A stretch of DNA of 20,615 nt, taken from IMG/VR virus record IMGVR_UViG_2740892212_000021, one strand, 5' to 3'. Position 1 is the first letter of the stretch, and every line of letters begins with the position of its first letter. Below, piece by piece: positions 14,836 through 20,615 of the stretch. This DNA comes from a virus (Duplodnaviria; Heunggongvirae; Uroviricota; Caudoviricetes). The notes under the pieces were generated by a model. That model did not search any database. It was not told the origin of the DNA and saw only the letters and a program-made list of their open reading frames with translations. Made by a program: the position numbers and the translations under genes.

Positions 14836-17117
14836 GTCCACTCCATTACTGTTGAGAATCCCGGCCACTCATCAGCGACCGGATACGTGAATTTTTTCCC
14901 GTCATAATTTACGGTCGCGCCACGCACCAGCGCCTCAAGCTCCCATCGCTGCGGCCTGATACCGTTCTGAGCAAGGTCAACGCGGATACGGGTGATTTGC
15001 ATTCTTTCCGACCGGGTCAGTCTGGCCGATGGTGCAATTTCATGTGGTTTTAACGGGCTTCCGTTTCTTGGCTGACAATGTGGTGTTCTCAGTCCGTGTT
15101 TTAATGCACCTCTGAGCGCCCTCACAACCTCCGGGTCACTCCATTCGATAACACCGTCATCTACCAGATTAAGCACTGCTGCGGCGTGCTCAGAAGGTGT
15201 GGGAGCCGGTAACGAAGTATCACCACCGTTGAGCTTTCCACAGTTATTGACAGGACTCCGAGGCGCGGCGATGCCGCTTTTTAAAGTCAAAGGCTCAACG
15301 ACCGGAACTTTCGGCACGATGCGCCAGTCCGTCGTTCTGGTGATATGAATATGACGCGCGCCGAGATGCGGCGCGTAAATGCCGACCACTCTCTCGACTT
15401 CTTCCTCGTACTCGTTAACTTCATCCGACGGGCTACGGGCGACCCTGACAGTCTGACAATCGCGCGGGACATTTGCCCCGCCCTGCGCGCTGATATACAA
15501 CGCAAAATCGCCACTGTCTGCGGCGGCGCGTGCAGCCTCCACGCGTTCGTCAAATTCATCAGCAATGCTGACGCCGCGAGGCAATTTACGTAGCTCACGG
15601 TAAGCTCCCATTGTCGGCAGGCCAACCGTTTTAAATTGCGGGATGCGCCACGTTGACGCCCATGCGGTAACAGCCGCCGCAGTATCTTTCAGCGGTCTGC
15701 CGGTATCGTTATCGAGCTGACCATCCAGTGCATAGCCGTCGATATTTTTTGAAATGTATTTCGCGATATATCCCGCAGCACCGCCCCGGTTAAGGTGTTT
15801 TGCCTGAAAACGGTTTCGCGCGGCTCCTCTTTCGTCGCCATCCTCTTTGAGCGCATAGCGACGCATGATTTCGATAATCTGGTTACGCTGGCGTGGATTA
15901 CAAAAAAGCATCATATGCCAGTGCGGCGTTCCGTCGTGGTGTGGCTCGACGACACGCAAACCGTAGACCTGTAAATCATTATCCTTGAATGCCGTGCGCA
16001 TCAGGCTCCAGATACGGCAGAGATAACGCTGCGCATCCTTTGGATTAAATGCCTCATCATTCCAGCCGTGATTAAGCTGGACGGTTTTATTTTCGCCTTT
16101 TCCAACCTGACGTGTCGGGTGATACTTTGACGGCGCGGTAAGCGTGATAAACATCCCCACATCACCCTCTGAGGCGGCGTAACGCTCAATACCGGCAATG
16201 GTGTTCATCAGCTCCATCCGGCGAATTTCAGGATTAGAAATACTGCCCATCACCTTACTGATAAGGTCGATGCGCTCGCCGGTTTCCCTGTTTTCAAGGT
16301 CACACGATTTAAGAAATTCCAGATTTGCCTGGCGGCGCGCACGCACATCACGAATGGCATGTTTACTGGCATAAGGTGAACGGTCTTTATTGACCTCCCC
16401 GACAGCAATCAGTAACGCCTCATGCCAGCGCATACGCTGGCCTTTAAGCTGACTAATCCACCACTCATCGTTAAACAGGCGGGCAATGGCAGAATATGCC
16501 TGCCTCGTGGTCATCTGCCCTTTACGGTATTTTCTCCAGTAAAGCGGGGAAATATTGAAAGCACGTGCAGCGCCAGCAACATGACCATACAGGTGATCCT
16601 GCGCCTCATCCGTAAACAGCGATTCTTTTTCGCCATGCGCATCCACCCAGGCATCGCAGAGTTCCTCATACATCATGAAAAGCTGCGATGAGATTCGGGC
16701 GGCAAACTTTTTCAGCTCCTTGTCATTCATCCCCGGCAGGCGCGCATACTGGTCGCGCTCTGCCAGAAACAGCAACGACGCGTCGGTGTTCATTTCATGG
16801 CGCTGATTCACACGCTCAATGCGCGGCCATAAACGACGCTGAAAAGTGGATGTGAGGAAATAAAACCCGTGCACCGGGCTTTTATTGCGCCGGATGTAGT
16901 CATAGCGTGAAGTAAACAGCGAGCGCAAAAAGTAAGGCAGGCGGTTAATCGTGGATAAAACACCTTGCACCTGACGCATCTCGTCACGTGTAAGGGGTCT
17001 TTCCCGCCCGACGGCCTCGCGTGGCGCGTTCCATGCATAAGCACCGGTAAACGCCTTACCGGTGCCTGCGGCAAATGCTGACGGAGGGACAAAACGCCCG
17101 GAGGCTTTAACGGCCAT
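14832..17117 (-). CDS. A: Replication initiation protein A (rolling-circle initiator, P2 gpA-like), 761 aa
   Basis: Internal ATG at 17117 giving MAVKASGRFVPPSAFAAGTGKAF...; HxH-type Rep motif region (PHWHMMLF); length equals P2 A as recalled. Confidence 0.93.
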   Translation of the reverse strand: MAVKASGRFVPPSAFAAGTGKAFTGAYAWNAPREAVGRERPLTRDEMRQVQGVLSTINRLPYFLRSLFTSRYDYIRRNKSPVHGFYFLTSTFQRRLWPRIERVNQRHEMNTDASLLFLAERDQYARLPGMNDKELKKFAARISSQLFMMYEELCDAWVDAHGEKESLFTDEAQDHLYGHVAGAARAFNISPLYWRKYRKGQMTTRQAYSAIARLFNDEWWISQLKGQRMRWHEALLIAVGEVNKDRSPYASKHAIRDVRARRQANLEFLKSCDLENRETGERIDLISKVMGSISNPEIRRMELMNTIAGIERYAASEGDVGMFITLTAPSKYHPTRQVGKGENKTVQLNHGWNDEAFNPKDAQRYLCRIWSLMRTAFKDNDLQVYGLRVVEPHHDGTPHWHMMLFCNPRQRNQIIEIMRRYALKEDGDERGAARNRFQAKHLNRGGAAGYIAKYISKNIDGYALDGQLDNDTGRPLKDTAAAVTAWASTWRIPQFKTVGLPTMGAYRELRKLPRGVSIADEFDERVEAARAAADSGDFALYISAQGGANVPRDCQTVRVARSPSDEVNEYEEEVERVVGIYAPHLGARHIHITRTTDWRIVPKVPVVEPLTLKSGIAAPRSPVNNCGKLNGGDTSLPAPTPSEHAAAVLNLVDDGVIEWSDPEVVRALRGALKHGLRTPHCQPRNGSPLKPHEIAPSARLTRSERMQITRIRVDLAQNGIRPQRWELEALVRGATVNYDGKKFTYPVADEWPGFSTVMEWT

Positions 17118-17382
17118 ATGAGCCAAAAGCCTCTGAACAACGCCTGCTGAGTTGCTCAACCTGCGCGTTTAAATCAGCAAAAGACTTTGCGCTTCCGGTC
17201 AGAATATCGTGATGCATCAGGCCGGAAACGAGCTGGCTTAATTTCGGGTAATAACCAACCACTGCCAGCCATTCCTGACCGGCGTTTTTACCGCTTTCCG
17301 CTCTCTTTTTCTCGTGGAGAATAAACTGAAAGCTGTCACTGGTAACGACATAACGTTCGCCAATTTCAATACGAATACTCAT
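17107..17382 (-). CDS. Hypothetical early protein (P2 orf83-like position), 91 aa
   Basis: ORF directly upstream of and overlapping the A start; conserved position in the P2 early operon. Confidence 0.6.
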   Translation of the reverse strand: MSIRIEIGERYVVTSDSFQFILHEKKRAESGKNAGQEWLAVVGYYPKLSQLVSGLMHHDILTGSAKSFADLNAQVEQLSRRCSEAFGSYGR

Positions 17383-17603
17383 GCCGTTCTCCGGTAATGT
17401 TTGTTTTTTGCTTCAAAGACTGACTGACAGGAAACACAACGCGTGGCTGACGGATAAGCCGCACGACGGGCAGCAGGTATTGGCGCGTCACACTCTTCGC
17501 AAACCAGCGAAGAAACACCGCAATGTTTTACCCTTGCCGCGTTAATCTGGCGCTCCAGTAATTCAGCCTGTTGTTCCTGAATAAAATCTACGTTGTCCGG
17601 CAT
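17379..17603 (-). CDS. TraR/DksA-family C4 zinc-finger protein (P2 orf82-like), 74 aa
   Basis: CEEC-x19-CVSC four-cysteine motif typical of the TraR/DksA zinc finger; 4-nt overlap with the downstream gene. Confidence 0.75.
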   Translation of the reverse strand: MPDNVDFIQEQQAELLERQINAARVKHCGVSSLVCEECDAPIPAARRAAYPSATRCVSCQSVFEAKNKHYRRTA

Positions 17604-17605
17604 TA

Positions 17606-17908
17606 TCAGCTCCTTTTATCGTTAAGTTTCCTGGATACATCAGCGCAATAACTGGCAAGTTCTGTCGTTAATTTTGTCAGTTCATCCACTGAGGAAATTT
17701 GCTTGTGGAATACAGCGCGTTTAACAAGTAAATTGACCACATCAGACAGGAGGTTTAATTCATTCTGATAAATCGCGATAACAGATTCAGTTATGTCGCG
17801 TTTTTCTTTATCAAGACAAAGTTGAATAAGAGACAAATCACCATTTTCCATAACGGCGATTTTTAAGGCGTTATTCAGTAATACAACTGAATGAGAACAG
17901 GACATCAA
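17606..17908 (-). CDS. Hypothetical early protein (P2 orf81-like position); start uncertain (track start 17908, or internal Met at about 17851 giving 81 aa)
   Basis: ORF in the conserved early-operon position; track start overlaps the stop of the upstream gene. Confidence 0.55.
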   Translation of the reverse strand: MMSCSHSVVLLNNALKIAVMENGDLSLIQLCLDKEKRDITESVIAIYQNELNLLSDVVNLLVKRAVFHKQISSVDELTKLTTELASYCADVSRKLNDKRS

Positions 17909-18129
17909 AGCACCTCCCCGCGAGACAATCCGATATTGTGAAATTTTTCCGACTCCTGACTGAGCAGCTCGACTATCTCCACGCGGGATAACTCCGCCTT
18001 TGTGATATGGCGAATCATGGCGTCAAGACGAGAAGAAAAGCGCGTCGCAGCGTCGGCCTGTGCTTCGGTTCTGGCCTGTTGCAGCAGTAATGCGTATTTA
18101 CCGCACTGATTTTCAGAAACTGTATGCAT
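17905..18129 (-). CDS. Hypothetical early protein (P2 orf80-like position), 74 aa
   Basis: ORF between B and the orf81-like gene; 4-nt overlap downstream. Confidence 0.55.
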   Translation of the reverse strand: MHTVSENQCGKYALLLQQARTEAQADAATRFSSRLDAMIRHITKAELSRVEIVELLSQESEKFHNIGLSRGEVL

Positions 18130-18192
18130 GACTTTCTCCAGGCAAAAAGAAGCCCCGCACGATTAAGTGCGTTAAAAACTCGGGTTAATTAC

Positions 18193-18693
18193 TTAATGCA
18201 GATATTGCTCTGGTTTTACCGACGTCAGAATTGTCGGTGCATACTCAAACAGACTGAATAATTCACGTAATGCACGGAATAAAGCATCACGCCAGTAACA
18301 TGACTCTTCATTAATTCGCCAGTATGGCTGGTTGAATTCTTTTTCAGTCAATCCGGCATGCATAAATAAAGTACGACGCTGACTGACTGTTAAAAAACTA
18401 ATATATGCATACTCACTTGCGCCAACCTGACGGCGTTTTGAGAATGCCCCACGCAATTCATCAATTGCACAAACCAGCCGTTCACGTTCGACGTCGTTCA
18501 TTTCTTCAAAACGCATCGTTGCGTGACGCTGTTTTAACTGCGCATGAAAGCAAACCGTTAACCGTTCGCGCTCCATCATCTGATTATAATAATCACATGT
18601 ATCCTGCCAGCGAGGGACGGCCAGATGCTTACCAATTATCCGGCGCATAGTTGCTGGCTGTTTTTCGACGAGATTGAGCGTCATCACTGTCAT
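18193..18693 (-). CDS. B: Replication protein B (helicase loader, P2 gpB-like), 166 aa
   Basis: 166 aa as recalled for P2 B; position between cox/orf78 and orf80; sequence identity to P2 B not verified from memory. Confidence 0.8.
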   Translation of the reverse strand: MTVMTLNLVEKQPATMRRIIGKHLAVPRWQDTCDYYNQMMERERLTVCFHAQLKQRHATMRFEEMNDVERERLVCAIDELRGAFSKRRQVGASEYAYISFLTVSQRRTLFMHAGLTEKEFNQPYWRINEESCYWRDALFRALRELFSLFEYAPTILTSVKPEQYLH

Positions 18694-18887
18694 TTCCAGA
18701 CCCTCCGGCTTTTCAGAAAGGTCAGAGCCTTTTTTAACGGACTCTGTTTTTTGGTGCGGATAATGATTCCCTTGCGACCCTTCCCGTGGGTGATGGTGAA
18801 GTCAATCGCCCTGGGGCTTTCGTTACGCAGTAACTGAGCAATACAACGCGGCTCATTCATAATCACAACCCCATCCACAAAAGCCAT
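18690..18887 (-). CDS. Hypothetical protein (P2 orf78-like position), 65 aa
   Basis: Small ORF between cox and B; overlaps B start by 4 nt and the cox 3' end. Confidence 0.45.
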   Translation of the reverse strand: MAFVDGVVIMNEPRCIAQLLRNESPRAIDFTITHGKGRKGIIIRTKKQSPLKKALTFLKSRRVWK

Positions 18888-19150
18888 GCATCACGCTGTT
18901 CAACCGGTCGGTTATAAAACGCCTCACGTACAGCGCGATTAAACTCAGGAATGAAAACCCATTTTTCACCGGCACGAGCCTTCGGTTTGCAAGGATCACG
19001 CAATTCAATAATTGGTAATTTATTTGCCTTCACCATTTCACTGACGGCTGTCTTTGGCTTCCCTAATAAATCAGCAAATTTATCCACATGAACCGCATCA
19101 AGCGGATACTGAATCACATAATTTTCAGCGTCCATATATGGTACCCTCAT
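18863..19150 (-). CDS. cox: Cox-like excisionase/early-promoter regulator, 95 aa (possibly 90 aa from the internal Met)
   Basis: First gene of the early operon, divergent from C; C-terminal region ...RDAWLLWMGL resembles P2 Cox (...WLMWLGL) as recalled. Confidence 0.8.
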   Translation of the reverse strand: MRVPYMDAENYVIQYPLDAVHVDKFADLLGKPKTAVSEMVKANKLPIIELRDPCKPKARAGEKWVFIPEFNRAVREAFYNRPVEQRDAWLLWMGL

Positions 19151-19271
19151 AGGATCCAGCCCTTTCTAAACCACTCAAAACCGTTTAGACGCTGGTTTAT
19201 TCTCAAATCAATGGAACCTATATAGGTTCCAGTTTTGAGGGAATTTAGTCCCTATATAGGCACCATGTCAA
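19151..19271. promoter_or_regulatory. Lysis/lysogeny switch region: divergent early and repressor promoters with operators
   Basis: 121-bp region between divergent cox and C; perfect 18-bp palindrome GGAACCTATATAGGTTCC (about 19213..19230) and a second CCTATATAGG copy (about 19251..19260). Confidence 0.7.
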
Positions 19272-19565
19272 ATGAAATTAAGCGAAAAGATTAAGGCCTT
19301 GCGTGAGGCTGAAGGGCTAAGCCAATCAAAATTCTGTGAAATCATAGAGTTACCGCTAAGCACACTTAAAAAATATGAAGGAGGAAACTTTGAACCCGGT
19401 GGCACAGCTTTGCTAAAAATCACTATGCATCCCACATTCCAAAAATATGCTCTATGGCTTATGACAGATAAAACCGCGCCGGACGCAGGACAAATCGCAC
19501 CGGCTCTCGCGCACATTGGGCCAGAGTCAACAGAGTCCAACCACTCCGCGAAAAGGATTGGCTAA
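19272..19565 (+). CDS. C: Immunity repressor C (P2 C-like), 97 aa
   Basis: C-terminal half (...TFQKYALWLMTDKTAPDAGQIAPALAHIGPE...) resembles P2 C as recalled; N-terminal half differs; directly upstream of int. Confidence 0.85.
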   Translation: MKLSEKIKALREAEGLSQSKFCEIIELPLSTLKKYEGGNFEPGGTALLKITMHPTFQKYALWLMTDKTAPDAGQIAPALAHIGPESTESNHSAKRIG

Positions 19566-19634
19566 CTCTATATAAAGATTACATTTTCACCATTTGCTAC
19601 CAAGATGGTGAATACAGCGCCGGAGGGCTTTCTT

Positions 19635-20615
19635 ATGGCAATTAAGAAGCTCGATGATGGTCGCTATGAAGTGGACATTAGACCTCGCGGTCGCGACGGA
19701 AAACGCATCCGCAGGAAATTCGAAAGAAAAGCTGAAGCACTAGCATTTGAGCGATACACAATCGCCAATGCCAGTCAGAAAGAATGGGGAGGCCAGCGAG
19801 CAGACCGCCGGACTTTGAGTGAGTTGCTGGACATCTGGTGGAAATATCACGGGCAAAACCACGAGCATGGAACAAAAGAGTTTAATCATCTACTCAAAAC
19901 CATCAGCGGCATAGGTGATATACCAGTGAGCAGGATGAGCAAAAGGGCTTTGATGGATTATCGTTCCATGCGACTACGTGATGGTATCAGTGCCGCAACG
20001 ATAAACCGTGACATGTACCGATTATCCGGCATGTTCACAAAATTAATTCAATTGGATGAATTTTCCGGGCAACACCCAATTCACGGACTGCCGCCACTGG
20101 CGGAGGCCAACCCTGAAATGACGTTCCTGGAAAAAGCAGAAATCGAAAAACTGTTAAATGTTTTGGCTGGTGATGACTTACTTGTCGCGCTTTTATGTCT
20201 GAGCACTGGAGGAAGATGGACGGAAGTTGCCACGCTAAAACCAGCACAGATTACAAATTGCAGGGTTACCTTCCTGAAAACCAAAAACGGTAAAAAGCGA
20301 ACCGTGCCGATTTCTGAGGAACTGGAGAAAAAAGTTAAAGAGGAGGCCAGCGCCAAATTATTCAAAGTTGATTATGAGAAATTTTGCGGGATTTTACGCA
20401 GAGTGAAACCTGATATACCACCCAATCAGGCAACCCACATCCTGCGGCATACATTCGCAAGCCATTTCATGATGAATGGGGGCAATATAATCGCACTGCA
20501 ACAGATTCTGGGACATGCGAGCATTCAGCAGACGATGGCCTATGCGCACCTTGCGCCTGACTATCTGCAAAATGCCGTCGCTCTGAATCCACTAAAAGGC
20601 GGAGTGACGTTATAA
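19635..20615 (+). CDS. int: Tyrosine integrase (P2 Int-like), 326 aa from ATG 19635
   Basis: MAIKKLDDGRYEVDIRPRGRDGKRIRRKF... matches the P2 Int N-terminus as recalled; catalytic-region motifs (ATHILRHTFASH, LGHASIQQTMAYAHLAP); GGAGGG ribosome-binding site upstream; stop codon is the last codon of the window. Confidence 0.92.
   Translation: MAIKKLDDGRYEVDIRPRGRDGKRIRRKFERKAEALAFERYTIANASQKEWGGQRADRRTLSELLDIWWKYHGQNHEHGTKEFNHLLKTISGIGDIPVSRMSKRALMDYRSMRLRDGISAATINRDMYRLSGMFTKLIQLDEFSGQHPIHGLPPLAEANPEMTFLEKAEIEKLLNVLAGDDLLVALLCLSTGGRWTEVATLKPAQITNCRVTFLKTKNGKKRTVPISEELEKKVKEEASAKLFKVDYEKFCGILRRVKPDIPPNQATHILRHTFASHFMMNGGNIIALQQILGHASIQQTMAYAHLAPDYLQNAVALNPLKGGVTL

Noticed and set aside
18150-18175. 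Short hairpin (CGCAC-n6-GTGCG) between the orf80-like gene and B
   Set aside because: Short stem without a clear T-run; it sits within an operon and could be coincidental. Not annotated as a terminator.
19566-19634. Inverted repeat CACCAT-n11-ATGGTG between C and int
   Set aside because: 6-bp arms only; may modulate int translation but is too weak to call from sequence.
1-20615. CRISPR arrays, tRNA/rRNA genes, IS elements or transposases
   Set aside because: No regularly spaced direct repeats, no cloverleaf-like candidates noticed, and no transposase-like ORF or terminal inverted repeats; the only recombinase is the phage integrase.

Overview
This window is almost entirely a P2-like (Peduovirus-type) temperate myovirus prophage of an enterobacterial host, read from the tail fibre gene to the integrase. 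Order by coordinate: tail fibre H and baseplate genes I, J, W, V (minus strand); tail completion S, R; the lysis cassette lysC/lysB/lysA, endolysin K, holin Y; X, L; terminase small subunit M, capsid N, scaffold O (all minus); then terminase ATPase P and portal Q (plus), a terminator, and a cos site that matches the P2 19-nt cohesive end as I recall it (about 13119..13137). Next comes the variable cargo position between cos and replication gene A, where P2 carries tin/old: here it holds a low-GC 200-aa ORF with its own terminator, a small coupled ORF, and a DUF3850/ASCH-like ORF with an HExxH-containing C-terminal extension coupled to A. The rest is the early region (A, orf83/82/81/80-like, B, orf78-like, cox), a cox/C switch region with perfect palindromes, repressor C and integrase, which ends at the window edge. 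The main candidate for something undescribed is the cargo locus at about 13.3-14.8 kb; I could not assign the 200-aa protein to any family from sequence alone. All homology calls rest on my recollection of P2 proteins and on motifs visible in the translations, not on searches. Coordinates taken from the ORF track are reliable; those I indexed by hand (cos, hairpins, palindromes) may be off by 1-2 nt.
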